DNA of 64,000 bases from a virus (taxonomy: Duplodnaviria; Caudoviricetes). Below, piece by piece: positions 39,859 to 50,050 of this stretch. The position numbers and the translations under genes are program-made. Numbering within the stretch: position 1 is the stretch's first letter; the number at the start of each line of letters is the position of its first letter. The notes under the pieces are model-generated. The model was not told the DNA's origin. It was given only the letters and a program-made list of their open reading frames with translations, and searched no databases. The stretch is taken from positions 96,001-160,000 of IMG/VR virus record IMGVR_UViG_3300026549_000030. One strand, written 5' to 3'.

Positions 39859-41294
39859 TAATGTATTATGTTTGTTATATTATCCACAATCGTGAATTTA
39901 AGTTTATCTTTATATACACGCAAGTCAGTTCCAACTTTAGCCCTTACGTCAACGTGATACTGCCCCGGCATAAGTTCCGCACTCTTGATCTTGAAAGAAT
40001 TGTTCTTTCCGCAGGTATCTATATTATCCCAATTTATTACGTCATATTCGCGTTTACCGTCTTTCACGTATATACGATATTGGCAATCCTTCAATAACTC
40101 GTAATCGGAAGAGTATTTTACCTTAAAGATAACGTTAAGTGTCCTTTCATCTCCCTGATAAATTTTCTCATTATCATTTATGCCACTGATTGAAGGCTCC
40201 AAGTTAAAATCAACCTTACTGTAATTTCCGAGAGAAGCAAATTCGCTCCTAGGATAAACGACAAACTCCATTTCAACCTCTTCAAATTCCTCACCGTTAG
40301 CCTTCAAATTACTCCAAACGTCATACAAAATCGTTCTTTCGGAGACACTTCCTCTGTCAACTTTTACAGTTGCGTAGTAAACGCCCGTATTTTGGCGTGT
40401 AACGGGGTATTCTTGCCCGTTAATAGTGCAGACGGGTAATTCCTCCAAATCAGTCGGAATACCACCTAAAATCGAATAAAAATAGAGTTTATTCGTCTTT
40501 CCGGCGAAGAACATATATCTGTCGTCGCTTATCACCGAATTATCGCGGCTTTCAACGACGGGCGTAAAGAACGTATTCGTATGATTTGTGAAGAATCCGA
40601 CGTATTGGATATTACCAAGGCTAATTGATTCCGTTGCCGGTGAGAAAGCAATGCCGATTCCGTAATTTTGATATTTACCTGCAATAACGTCGTTCACATA
40701 ATTTGTTATGTCAAAAGAGAAATTCTCATTACCGACGTCAAAATGCTGCCTTGCAATTATCAAACTTTCCTCACCCTTGCTGTATTTCTCATATTCCTTC
40801 TCGAGTGTTTCATTGGAAACGATTCCCTCAACGGGCACGATATGTCCTTCTCCGTCGATTTCCGTTCCCCACTCCTTTCCGTCATAAGCGTAATACCAGT
40901 TCGCTCCGTGCTGAGATACAACCCTCTTTCCAACGAACCAGAAGTCGTCAGAACTGTCAAATCCGCGTCCTCCATCCCAAAATTCAGGTACCCTGAACGC
41001 TATAATGTCAAATGAAGTTGCGCGTTCCCTGTCAAAGAACCCATCTTCAGGAGCAGGCTTCGCATTGAAGGAATTATTATCAATAGAACCACAGTTCGTT
41101 AACTTGAGTATGTGCTTGATATCATCCTTATTACCGTTCTTGCACGCATTTTCTATATTTTCCATATCGAAATGAACGAGGCAGCGTGATACCATTGCCC
41201 CATAATTAAGCATTCCAATAGGGTTGAGTCCGAAATTATCTTTCGAACCTTGGATTATTGTCGTGCATTTATCAAGAAATGTCCTTGTTACCAT
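39858..41294 (-). CDS. Putative virion structural protein (DNRLRE-like + Ig-like domains)
   Basis: SRCLVHFD, WDGGRGFD, FDITNYVN, NYGIGIAF. Confidence 0.5.
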   Translation of the reverse strand: MVTRTFLDKCTTIIQGSKDNFGLNPIGMLNYGAMVSRCLVHFDMENIENACKNGNKDDIKHILKLTNCGSIDNNSFNAKPAPEDGFFDRERATSFDIIAFRVPEFWDGGRGFDSSDDFWFVGKRVVSQHGANWYYAYDGKEWGTEIDGEGHIVPVEGIVSNETLEKEYEKYSKGEESLIIARQHFDVGNENFSFDITNYVNDVIAGKYQNYGIGIAFSPATESISLGNIQYVGFFTNHTNTFFTPVVESRDNSVISDDRYMFFAGKTNKLYFYSILGGIPTDLEELPVCTINGQEYPVTRQNTGVYYATVKVDRGSVSERTILYDVWSNLKANGEEFEEVEMEFVVYPRSEFASLGNYSKVDFNLEPSISGINDNEKIYQGDERTLNVIFKVKYSSDYELLKDCQYRIYVKDGKREYDVINWDNIDTCGKNNSFKIKSAELMPGQYHVDVRAKVGTDLRVYKDKLKFTIVDNITNIIH

Positions 41295-41368
41295 AATGTG
41301 CTAATATTCTACAATAAATAGTTTTTCGGAGCCAATATTGTACAAAAAAAGCAATTCAAAGAATTGCT

Positions 41369-41749
41369 CTATTGTTTGTTCTCGTATTTTTCCTTCAATT
41401 TAAGATAGAGCGAATAGTCGCTGTCCGTATTATCCTCCGTCAAAACGTCTCTGCCGTCGTCTCTAACAAGATTAACGCCCGCGCCATTGATATATGATTG
41501 TGGACAGCCGCCAACCGAATATTTTGGATTGTCTATAACGTTGCCATACTCGTCATACAGGATAGGATTGCGACGGAATTCTTCTCTGACGAACTCAACC
41601 ATATCCCTTCCGTGGCAAAATTCCAAAATCTCTCTCTCTGCGCGGTTTATCTTAGCAACCTTTCCCGCCCTGAATCTTGCCTTCAGCATGTTAAATTCAC
41701 TAATACCCTGTATCTGTTGCTCTTCAAGTTTCTCAAAATTCTCGTCCAT
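41369..41749 (-). CDS. Hypothetical protein
   Basis: 126 aa; motif at 41772; downstream hairpin AGCAATTC-AAA-GAATTGCT. Confidence 0.7.
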   Translation of the reverse strand: MDENFEKLEEQQIQGISEFNMLKARFRAGKVAKINRAEREILEFCHGRDMVEFVREEFRRNPILYDEYGNVIDNPKYSVGGCPQSYINGAGVNLVRDDGRDVLTEDNTDSDYSLYLKLKEKYENKQ

Positions 41750-41791
41750 ATGCAAAAAATAGCTTTACAATATAAATATAGTTATTAAATA

Positions 41792-41823
41792 TTTGTAAAT
41801 CAACGGAAATTTCCCTATCTTTG
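41792..41823 (+). promoter_or_regulatory. Bacteroidetes -33/-7 promoter
   Basis: TTTG-N20-TATCTTTG. Confidence 0.7.
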
Positions 41824-41843
41824 CGGAAACAGGATATCCAAAT

Positions 41844-42188
41844 ATGTTTAGAGTGGCAATTGTGGGTGGCGAAGGAACAAAAGACTACCCCAGATTTAAG
41901 AAAAAGTGTATAGAATGCCTTAAAAACAAGGTAAAGGAGGACCGTGTTATGATATATACCACGGGAGATAAGTACGTTGAAGCATTCTCCGAGCGTTACG
42001 GCATTGACACGCGTTTCTTTCCGTGTGATTTTAAGAAATATGGGAAAGACGCACTGCTAATGCGTGCAATTGATATGTTGGAAGACGCAGACGCGGTTAT
42101 CGCTTTCAATGACGGACAGAAAGACAGCCAGATTATATCAAAATTGGCAGCCGAAAAAGGGCTGCCACTTCGAAATATTAAAGGTTGA
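41844..42188 (+). CDS. SLOG-superfamily (DUF2493/YspA-like) protein
   Basis: RVAIVGG...DY...KKYGKDALLMRAIDMLEDADAVIAF. Confidence 0.65.
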   Translation: MFRVAIVGGEGTKDYPRFKKKCIECLKNKVKEDRVMIYTTGDKYVEAFSERYGIDTRFFPCDFKKYGKDALLMRAIDMLEDADAVIAFNDGQKDSQIISKLAAEKGLPLRNIKG

Positions 42189-42189
42189 C

Positions 42190-42624
42190 TTATTTAACCA
42201 TTATGATCAAATTCTCATAAATAGGGGCTATCATATCACCTACAGGATAATCCGTAGCTTTCTCCCATTCTCCATTTTCATTCCTGATTTCCTTTTCTTC
42301 GTCAGCAACTTTGAGCCCTCCGTGGAATGTTATCTTGAACTGTCCCTTGAATTGTCCCCTAACCTTCGTATCGCGCTTTTTCCAACGATACTCGATTACA
42401 TATCTCGGCTCGCAACTATCAGTCTCAGTTAAAATCAGGTTGCACGGAGCATTAGATATCTTAAGAATGCCCGATTCATCAACCATTGTGAATGTCACGT
42501 CGGCATTTTGAATTGCGTTGTTGAATGTTCTTACCTTGAAGAATTCGTATCTTCCGTCAAGAACCAATTCAATTCTCAATGTTGGGAGCACGCTACCCTG
42601 ATTCAAATAAAAAATTTGAGCCAT
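42190..42624 (-). CDS. BppU-N-like baseplate/structural protein
   Basis: FYLNQGSVLPTL...ADVTFTM...YRWKKRDT...GQFKGQFKI. Confidence 0.55.
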   Translation of the reverse strand: MAQIFYLNQGSVLPTLRIELVLDGRYEFFKVRTFNNAIQNADVTFTMVDESGILKISNAPCNLILTETDSCEPRYVIEYRWKKRDTKVRGQFKGQFKITFHGGLKVADEEKEIRNENGEWEKATDYPVGDMIAPIYENLIIMVK

Positions 42625-42662
42625 TTTTGTTTATATAAATGTATTTTATTGTTTTATTTTTA

Positions 42663-42678
42663 TATTTATATATAAATA
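42663..42678. promoter_or_regulatory. 16-bp palindrome with two opposed TATTTAT motifs
   Basis: TATTTATATATAAATA between divergent genes. Confidence 0.6.
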
Positions 42679-42687
42679 GTTAAATAT

Positions 42688-44013
42688 ATGAAAAGACTAA
42701 CACAAGAGGAATTTATTAATAAATGCAAATCCATTCTTGGCGATACGTATACATATGAAAAAACAAAGTACGTAAATAACAGAACAAAAATTACAATAAC
42801 GAACAAATATGGAAAGGATATACAATGTTACCCATCAAACATTAAAAAGCTTAAAGGAAAAAAAGATAAATATGACACAGATTCATTTATAAGAAGGGCA
42901 AAACAGATATATGGTAACAAATATACATATGAAAAAACCAATTGTTCGAATTCTCATGAAAAAGTTATAATAACATGTCCAGAACACGGTGACTTCGAAA
43001 AAACGGCATACGCCTTTTTAAACGGTCAAGAATGCCCAATATGCGGAAATAGATATTCCAATGAAAAATTTGCTAAAATAGCCGAAAACGTACACGAAAA
43101 AAAATACAATTATTCAGAAGTTAATTATATCAACAACAATACAAAGGTATGCATCATTTGCCCAGAACATGGAAAGTTTTGGCAAACGCCTAATTCACAC
43201 TTAAGAGGGAGTGGCTGTCCTTTATGCTACAGAAAAGAAACTCGCGAGAAAGAATGCACAAAATTCTTAGATAAATGTAAAAAGCTATATGACGGAAAAT
43301 ATGATTACTCACAAACCGAATATATTAATTCTAATAGTAAAATTCCAATAATTTGTTCAGAACACGGAATTTTTTGGAAATCCGCAATAAAACACTCAAT
43401 GGGCCAAGCTTGTCCAATTTGCTCAAAAATAAAGCAATCAGAAGCGCTAAGACTAACAACAGACGATTTTATAAGAATGGCAATTGAGAAACATGGAAAC
43501 AAATACGATTATTCAAAAGTCGAATACACAAAATGGAATGAAAAAGTTGCTATTATTTGCAAAAAGCATGGACTATTTTTTCAAACCCCGCATTCGCATA
43601 TTAGCGGTGGTTCAGGGTGCCCAAAATGCAGCGAAAGCCATGCAGAACTCGATATAGAAAAATATCTTAAAAATAATAACATAGAATACGAAACGCAAAA
43701 AACTTTTTCATGGCTAAAAATGAAAAAAAATCTTTTTATAGACTTTTACATCCCATCAAAAAATGTTGGCATTGAATTTCAAGGCGGTCAACATTTCGTA
43801 CCAGTTAAATATGGAAACAATAGCAATGCAGACTTAATATTAGAAAAAACACAAAAAAGAGACAAACAAAAACATGAACTTTGTGAAAAAAATGGAGTGA
43901 AACTTTTATATATAATCCCACAAAAATATAAAGAAAATTTATATGGATTTTATAACAAAGAAAAAGTGTTTAATAATATTGAAGAATTATTATCTTATAT
44001 AAACGAAAAATAG
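42688..44013 (+). CDS. Free-standing homing-type endonuclease (Zn-ribbon repeats + PD-(D/E)XK)
   Basis: Multiple ICPEHG-FWQ-GCP repeats; IDFYIPSKNVGIEFQGGQHF; more AT-rich than flanks. Confidence 0.85.
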   Translation: MKRLTQEEFINKCKSILGDTYTYEKTKYVNNRTKITITNKYGKDIQCYPSNIKKLKGKKDKYDTDSFIRRAKQIYGNKYTYEKTNCSNSHEKVIITCPEHGDFEKTAYAFLNGQECPICGNRYSNEKFAKIAENVHEKKYNYSEVNYINNNTKVCIICPEHGKFWQTPNSHLRGSGCPLCYRKETREKECTKFLDKCKKLYDGKYDYSQTEYINSNSKIPIICSEHGIFWKSAIKHSMGQACPICSKIKQSEALRLTTDDFIRMAIEKHGNKYDYSKVEYTKWNEKVAIICKKHGLFFQTPHSHISGGSGCPKCSESHAELDIEKYLKNNNIEYETQKTFSWLKMKKNLFIDFYIPSKNVGIEFQGGQHFVPVKYGNNSNADLILEKTQKRDKQKHELCEKNGVKLLYIIPQKYKENLYGFYNKEKVFNNIEELLSYINEK

Positions 44014-44027
44014 TGGCTATTACGCCA

Positions 44028-44471
44028 CTATTTCTTCGTTTTAGAGATAACGAAATTGTGTTCGACAATGTTTTCTTCCAATGAATTGACGATATTCTTG
44101 ATAAGTTCCTCACAATGCTCCTTCAAATCCTTCAACTTCATAACGTTATCCTTGTTCTGTCTGAGCAGGAATTGGAACGAAAGAAAACTTTTCTTTGTAA
44201 GGGAAATTCCCTTTGACGCAACCTGAAAATCAAGAATGAATTTTCTATCGAAAAGTGGAGAATCAGAAATGTTTCTGCTGATAGCCCTGCTGAAACTATG
44301 TTTAATTTCCGAAATATCCTTTGAATAGTCGTCCTTCTCATCTTGTGGGGAAATGAATGTCCTTCCCTCGACATAAACAACTACTGGGTCTATTTTATTT
44401 GTTGTACCTATTTTCAGTTTGAAATTTTCGGCATCAATCTTCTTTTCGCTATTAAGTCTTGTCTCTGCCAT
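44028..44471 (-). CDS. Hypothetical protein
   Basis: 147 aa from ATG 44471. Confidence 0.7.
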   Translation of the reverse strand: MAETRLNSEKKIDAENFKLKIGTTNKIDPVVVYVEGRTFISPQDEKDDYSKDISEIKHSFSRAISRNISDSPLFDRKFILDFQVASKGISLTKKSFLSFQFLLRQNKDNVMKLKDLKEHCEELIKNIVNSLEENIVEHNFVISKTKK

Positions 44472-44581
44472 AATACTTCTTTTTAATAAAATATATGCCA
44501 AAATGGTAAAAAGTCAAGGATCAAGACAAATAAGCGCCGTCGGAATAGCCAACAGCGCAGTGAAATAAGTTCTAAAAGCTA

Positions 44582-45205
44582 CTATTCCCAAAAATTTGCA
44601 TCAATTATTCCGCCGCCGGCATTTTTAACTTCCTCGCCGTGTACGTTCATTGTTGGCGTAATCCAATGGTGATATAAACCATTGAAGTTTTCTACGCTGG
44701 GAATGGAATCCGCCCCATCGGCGTGCTTGAATTCATGCGTCCTAACAGGGTATCCCTTTTCATCAAATTTCCATCCATAGGGCATTACAAGTTCGCCATT
44801 AAGAATATCATTCTTGTCCTTCAAGATTGCATTACGATCCATTAATTCACGTGTAGCCGCCCTGAAAATTGCGGTTCCTCGTTTGTTCGTTTTAAGAAGA
44901 TTCTTTAATTCCTCGTAGCTAAGATCACGAACGTCCGAATAAGCCCCATTTGAAGATGTTACAACTTCATCTCCGCCTTCTTCGTCGTCAACTACAGCGG
45001 CGTCATTTGCATCTGCAGCTGCATTTTTTGCGTCATCGGCAGCTTCTGCGTCATCTTCTTTCTTTTTATCTTTATTGAACGCAGCCTTTGCCTTTTTATC
45101 GTTCTTTGCGGCGTTAACAATATCATCCACCCAATCCTCTTTAAGAACCTGAGAAATCGCCTCAGCTATGCATTCGTTCAATTCTTTTTCAGTTACCTTT
45201 GCCAT
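44582..45205 (-). CDS. Hypothetical protein with N-terminal leader
   Basis: MAKVTEKELNECIAEAISQVLKE. Confidence 0.75.
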   Translation of the reverse strand: MAKVTEKELNECIAEAISQVLKEDWVDDIVNAAKNDKKAKAAFNKDKKKEDDAEAADDAKNAAADANDAAVVDDEEGGDEVVTSSNGAYSDVRDLSYEELKNLLKTNKRGTAIFRAATRELMDRNAILKDKNDILNGELVMPYGWKFDEKGYPVRTHEFKHADGADSIPSVENFNGLYHHWITPTMNVHGEEVKNAGGGIIDANFWE

Positions 45206-45210
45206 ATCTT

Positions 45211-45849
45211 TTATATGTTTTTAGTTGCGTTATATTGTGGGGCCATATCCATTTTATACGTCGATTCGTTTGATTTGTCGTTCAACACATATACTTTCGC
45301 AGGAGAGTTCTTCAATGTTCCTCCGTATTTGACATTGTTAGAAACAAGTATGTCTACTTTGTGCTGTCCTGCGAAGCGCTTATTCATTGTGTCCTGTATT
45401 TGATAAACGCCGTCCTGAATTCCGTTGTATGTTCCTTCAATCTTAACTATATCTCCATACTTTAAGCCAAATTCACTCATCATCGTCCTTTCCATTGCGA
45501 TAATCTTATGTGCTTCTGGATTCTTTAAGTCTAATTTAAACATTGATGCGGTATGCCTGACGTCTGCGTTACATTGAGCGGGGACTGCATTATAAACAGT
45601 TACTATAACGTCATCGGCTATCATTTTCCACTCCTCCTGAGGAGCGGCGTATACAACCTCTGCTTCCATTTTCTGTTTCTGCGCGTCGTCGACCGTTTCC
45701 AAACCTGAAATGATTGATAAAGCCATTGCTACAGATATAGCTCCGACAGCAACTTTCTGAAGTAACGACTTGAAACTCTCGTTAAGAATTTGCTGTTCCA
45801 TAAGCGCGTTAAACTGCGCTTCCGTGAGGTATATCTTTTTCCCTTCCAT
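45211..45849 (-). CDS. 3D-domain (MltA-like) peptidoglycan hydrolase with leader and hydrophobic segment
   Basis: TVYNAVPAQC...TAS...IIAM...YGDIVKIEG...IQDTMNKRF...VDIL. Confidence 0.75.
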   Translation of the reverse strand: MEGKKIYLTEAQFNALMEQQILNESFKSLLQKVAVGAISVAMALSIISGLETVDDAQKQKMEAEVVYAAPQEEWKMIADDVIVTVYNAVPAQCNADVRHTASMFKLDLKNPEAHKIIAMERTMMSEFGLKYGDIVKIEGTYNGIQDGVYQIQDTMNKRFAGQHKVDILVSNNVKYGGTLKNSPAKVYVLNDKSNESTYKMDMAPQYNATKNI

Positions 45850-46754
45850 TATTCTGATAATGTGTGGTATAATTTTGAAAGATTAAGAACATCCTCAGTA
45901 AGTGTACCTTCTGAAAAAGCTTTTCCTTCAAGCTGTTGCTTCATTGCACTAAGGCGTGACTTTTCAGCGACGTCCTCGCGTTCACTAAGTATTTCATCAA
46001 TCTTATTAACGCAATCGCTCTTATATCTCTCGAAAAGTTCTTCTCTGCTGCCCTTTGAAAGATTTGTTGAAACAATATCCCAAATAGCTTTATTTTCCCA
46101 AGGCTCGAGTTCACTCTCATTAAGCGTAGAAACAAGTTCCTCTGATAAATCCTTTACGCCCTTATCGGTTTCTTCAGCTTTCTCAGGAACATTTGAGCAA
46201 ACGTGTTCTTTCAAGATAGAAAGCTTGTTGACGTGCTCGTAGATATTTTTTGCAGTCTTCTTATTTGTGATAAGATAATCAATTGCTGAGTTAACTTCCT
46301 TTGATTCTGAAACAATATTGTTAATCTGAGCGGCGTCCAAATTACCTTCAACAACGGCCTCAGCCACAATGTCTGAAAGTTTCTTCTTTCCCTCGTCGAG
46401 TTTCTTCTTATTGATATTGCTGGAAATTGAGAAAGTTTCAGAAAGGAAAAGATTCACGTCAGAGATATGTTCGGGTGAATTCACAATATGATAGATTGCG
46501 AACGCCTTACCGAGTTCTTTATTCTCCTTCAATGCCTTTACATATTTTCCGATAATCTTCTTTCCATTTTCCGAATCAAAAAGATTTACGGAAACAGACT
46601 CGAACAGAGAATTCAAGTCGCCAAGTGAAAGGTTGCTGAAATTTTCGATAGCTTCATTTAATTCTGCCTTCCTGATACGGTTTTCAAGAACGGAATTCAT
46701 TTCGTTCTTAAATTTTAACAAATCAGCACTTTTATCGAGATTGATATTTTTCAT
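45849..46754 (-). CDS. Hypothetical protein downstream of portal (probable prohead core)
   Basis: 301 aa, helical, several L-x-E sites. Confidence 0.7.
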   Translation of the reverse strand: MKNINLDKSADLLKFKNEMNSVLENRIRKAELNEAIENFSNLSLGDLNSLFESVSVNLFDSENGKKIIGKYVKALKENKELGKAFAIYHIVNSPEHISDVNLFLSETFSISSNINKKKLDEGKKKLSDIVAEAVVEGNLDAAQINNIVSESKEVNSAIDYLITNKKTAKNIYEHVNKLSILKEHVCSNVPEKAEETDKGVKDLSEELVSTLNESELEPWENKAIWDIVSTNLSKGSREELFERYKSDCVNKIDEILSEREDVAEKSRLSAMKQQLEGKAFSEGTLTEDVLNLSKLYHTLSE

Positions 46755-46798
46755 AATAACTGTCTAATTTATTTATAAATACTTCTTTGGCGACGCTT

Positions 46799-48793
46799 TT
46801 ACAGGAGCTCTTTCTCATTCTGCTTATGCGTTTCTTCAAGTTTTTCAAGATCCTTGATAGCCATATTCAATTCTTCATTGATAAGGAAGTTTTTGTCGAG
46901 TAGCGCGACGCGCTCATTACTTATCTCTTCTGGGCTCTTACGCAGTCTCCTGATATAATTGTCTATATGCTCATAACCTGACTTCGCTTCCGCAAGTGGT
47001 GCTGAACCTTCTCCTCCTCCTTCTCCTCCGAGTGGAGTTGAAGCTTCCTCCCCACCGATTGAGCCCATATCATCAGCGCCCGGCTCGCCTAAGTCGCCAA
47101 GGTCGTCACCGAAGCCGCCGCCAATAGCAGGCGCACCGCCTCCGCCGCCTAAGCCGCCCATATCTTCCTGTCCAGGAATCTGCGGACTGTACTCTGCTCC
47201 GAGTTCCCCATAGATATTATCAACGTTGTCAAAGATATGCGTTCTCTTAATAATTTCAGGAGTGCGTTGAAGTTCAATAGCAACCGCTGCTTCAAGTCTC
47301 ATTTCGTCAAGTGTTTCAGCAATTTCAGAATCGCTCTTGCCCATAATGTCCCTCTGTACTTGGTGCCAAGACATAAGCGGAATTCCACCACCCTGTTCAG
47401 CGAGCGCCGCAGTAGCTGCATTGATTCTCTTAACCAAATTATCGAGTTCCATCATCTCGATTTGATTTGATGGATTATTTAGCGATAATGTGAAGTTGGT
47501 TAAATCGTCGTCATATCCCAAGATATGAAGGTGTATGATAGCAACCTTGTTGAGTTCCATAAGGACAGCCTGTTGAAGGCTGTTCACAGTACGGCTGAAC
47601 CTGATATCAAGGATTGAAAGGTTCTGCCCCTTACCCTGAGGCTCTTGGAAATTCAAATAAGACTTAGGAACACCCAATCCGCAAAGAACCTTATTCTCCA
47701 TGAAGTTGATATCATCCATAGATGTAATGTTCTGCGCTGAATTAAGGTTGTCGATAGACGTTGGATCCTGTCCAGGCCTTACAGGAATAACATAGTCAGC
47801 ACTAACATCAAGGAAATTCTTCCTCAAGTCAATCTGTCCCGTCTGAGGGTCAATAATAGGAGCCCTCTTAATGTTATTCATAAATTCCTGAAGGAATGCA
47901 GGAACGTCATTATCGTCAATTAAGCCGACATTTACCTTGAAAATCCTTCTTTCAACACTTCTTTCGAGACGATAGAGAAGCATTCCATCTTCCATCATAG
48001 AAAGCATTCTCCAATGCCTACGTGAGTGGTTCAACCAAGAAACGCCATATGGAAGATAAAGAGAATCATTAATAAGACGGAAGTGCGCAACCTGCCAACT
48101 CTTAAACGGAATCTGCTGATTGTGTCCTTCCCAAACAAATTTAACATCGTCAGGTTTAATGTTCTGTGTTACGCCGGCGGAAGCGTATGTTCCGGAATAT
48201 GCGTTAAGCATACCATTTTCCAAACGTGTAACCTCATGAACTGGAAGTTCTCTCCACCCAGTTACTCCGTTCTTTGCGTCAATGTTAAGGAACATAAATT
48301 CGTTACCGTATTTCGCGGTAGCACGCATAATAGTCTTACTCCAAAGATTGAAGTCAAGGCGGTTAATGAACAAATCTTCGAGTATCGCCTTAATTCTTGG
48401 GGATTTTGAATAGATATTCAGGATTTTTCCCTTTGAATTGATTGTGGTTGCCTCGTCAGAAACGATTGTCAATGCGCGTCCGATTTCAGGCCATGCGTCC
48501 ATTAAGTCCGCATCACGGTACATTACCTTGACTTGGCTCGCGCCAGCCATTTGTTCCATTGAGGTTTCGTAGCCAATCTTCTGCCATTGATAAGCAAGGA
48601 GGCGCTGCTGTTTCAATTCTTTCAGCTTAGCGTCCCTTTCAGCCTTGTCGTCGGTAGAGAAAATAACCTCAGAGCTTGGTGCGATATTGTATATTGCCGA
48701 TTTTGGTTGCTGAGCCGCCGTAGCAGGATATCCACGCGTTACTCCAATCATTACATCGGATAGTGTCTGTAGTCTGGTTCTTCTTTCAGCCAT
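46799..48793 (-). CDS. Portal protein (gp20-like)
   Basis: MMEDGMLLYRLERSVERRIFKVNVG, DYVIPVR, LGVPKSYL, DIRFSR. Confidence 0.93.
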   Translation of the reverse strand: MAERRTRLQTLSDVMIGVTRGYPATAAQQPKSAIYNIAPSSEVIFSTDDKAERDAKLKELKQQRLLAYQWQKIGYETSMEQMAGASQVKVMYRDADLMDAWPEIGRALTIVSDEATTINSKGKILNIYSKSPRIKAILEDLFINRLDFNLWSKTIMRATAKYGNEFMFLNIDAKNGVTGWRELPVHEVTRLENGMLNAYSGTYASAGVTQNIKPDDVKFVWEGHNQQIPFKSWQVAHFRLINDSLYLPYGVSWLNHSRRHWRMLSMMEDGMLLYRLERSVERRIFKVNVGLIDDNDVPAFLQEFMNNIKRAPIIDPQTGQIDLRKNFLDVSADYVIPVRPGQDPTSIDNLNSAQNITSMDDINFMENKVLCGLGVPKSYLNFQEPQGKGQNLSILDIRFSRTVNSLQQAVLMELNKVAIIHLHILGYDDDLTNFTLSLNNPSNQIEMMELDNLVKRINAATAALAEQGGGIPLMSWHQVQRDIMGKSDSEIAETLDEMRLEAAVAIELQRTPEIIKRTHIFDNVDNIYGELGAEYSPQIPGQEDMGGLGGGGGAPAIGGGFGDDLGDLGEPGADDMGSIGGEEASTPLGGEGGGEGSAPLAEAKSGYEHIDNYIRRLRKSPEEISNERVALLDKNFLINEELNMAIKDLEKLEETHKQNEKELL

Positions 48794-48880
48794 AATCTTA
48801 CTTTTGCCTATATTGGCTTATCTTATAAATACTTTCATTCCACATTAAAATTAATGATTCTCCCGCTATAATCAAGAAAA

Positions 48881-48900
48881 GGCGGGCAAATAAGCCCGCC
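48881..48900 (-). terminator. Rho-independent terminator
   Basis: GGCGGGC-AAATAA-GCCCGCC with a T run on the minus strand. Confidence 0.7.
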
Positions 48901-48917
48901 CTTATCAATATGGTAAT

Positions 48918-50048
48918 TTAGCAAGTTATCATTTTCAAAGGTTTGCCCTTCAATATTGCCTCCATACTCTCAGCTATTTCAGCCTGACGTTTCAAAATCT
49001 CCCAAGGAGACATTTGTTCGAGCCTCTTCACAAGCTCTTCCATAGCCTTATCGTATTCCTTTTCCCCCTCATTGAACAACATATTGTAGTCCATTACGGC
49101 TTCGGCGTCCATAATACTCATTTTGCCGCTCCATTTTCCACGTATCTTCGCAAGAGTTTTCTTAGCCTTGGCGAAGAACAGTTTACGGACAATAGTCTTT
49201 GTCGGCTCATTGAGGAATGCAAAGTCAATCTTATCGAGAGGAACTTGGTCAGGAGTTAAAATAACATCCCTGTTTTGTCTACGGCAATCGTCCGCATCCG
49301 CTGCGGAAGAGGTATCATAGTATGTATACCATACCTCGCAGCCAACGAGACTGATACTTCCCATTGTGTTCAGTACGGCGCCAAACGTGAGTTTAGAACC
49401 CGGTGTAGAATAGAGGTGGATAATGTGCGTTCCGTCAGGCCCGGCAGTAACCTTATAAGTTAAGTCTCCACGAAGGAGCCTATTCTTATAAGCCAAGTCA
49501 GTAGCCATATAAGCAATATCCGCACTCTGTGCAATGTAGAATCCACCGATAGGCCCGTAAGAACCGCCGCCCGCCTGTCCGTAGCCTCCCGCGAAACCGA
49601 GTGTGTCAAGACCGCCATAGTTCGCATAGAGAGCCGCCTGAGACGTAGAAGGATTGCACCACATTACGCTGTTTATCTCACGTCCTGCGGGCACCAAATA
49701 ACTTTGTTTTCCAGCCTCCACGGTGAAGAAATCTTTCTTCAACTCCCAAGGGCCTCTTTGCTGCAAGCCTGCTTCCCTTGAGAACCAATAGCTGAAATCA
49801 CGTGACATATCAAGCGTTCTGACGGACAACGCATACGCCATGTCGGTATTTGATACGTCCTTCCCATAGAGCGTAGCCCATTGACTCATAACAAGCCAAT
49901 TCTGCACCTTTTCAGCGTAATCCTCGATTGACGTTTCAAGAAGATCGCAAAGCTGCTCGTCTTTGAGTTCAACATCAACGACGGGCGCCCCAAGTTCACT
50001 TCTGCACTTTCTAAAAAGGGCTTGTATTTCGTCAGTTATCTTTATCAT
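48918..50048 (-). CDS. Neck protein (gp13-like)
   Basis: ELGAPVVDVELKDEQL; AKAKKTLAKIRGKW. Confidence 0.8.
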   Translation of the reverse strand: MIKITDEIQALFRKCRSELGAPVVDVELKDEQLCDLLETSIEDYAEKVQNWLVMSQWATLYGKDVSNTDMAYALSVRTLDMSRDFSYWFSREAGLQQRGPWELKKDFFTVEAGKQSYLVPAGREINSVMWCNPSTSQAALYANYGGLDTLGFAGGYGQAGGGSYGPIGGFYIAQSADIAYMATDLAYKNRLLRGDLTYKVTAGPDGTHIIHLYSTPGSKLTFGAVLNTMGSISLVGCEVWYTYYDTSSAADADDCRRQNRDVILTPDQVPLDKIDFAFLNEPTKTIVRKLFFAKAKKTLAKIRGKWSGKMSIMDAEAVMDYNMLFNEGEKEYDKAMEELVKRLEQMSPWEILKRQAEIAESMEAILKGKPLKMITC

Positions 50049-50050
50049 TT

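Noticed and set aside
42688-44013. CRISPR array or DGR-type repeats
   Set aside because: The repeats are degenerate protein-coding Zn-ribbon units. No spacer structure or reverse transcriptase was seen.
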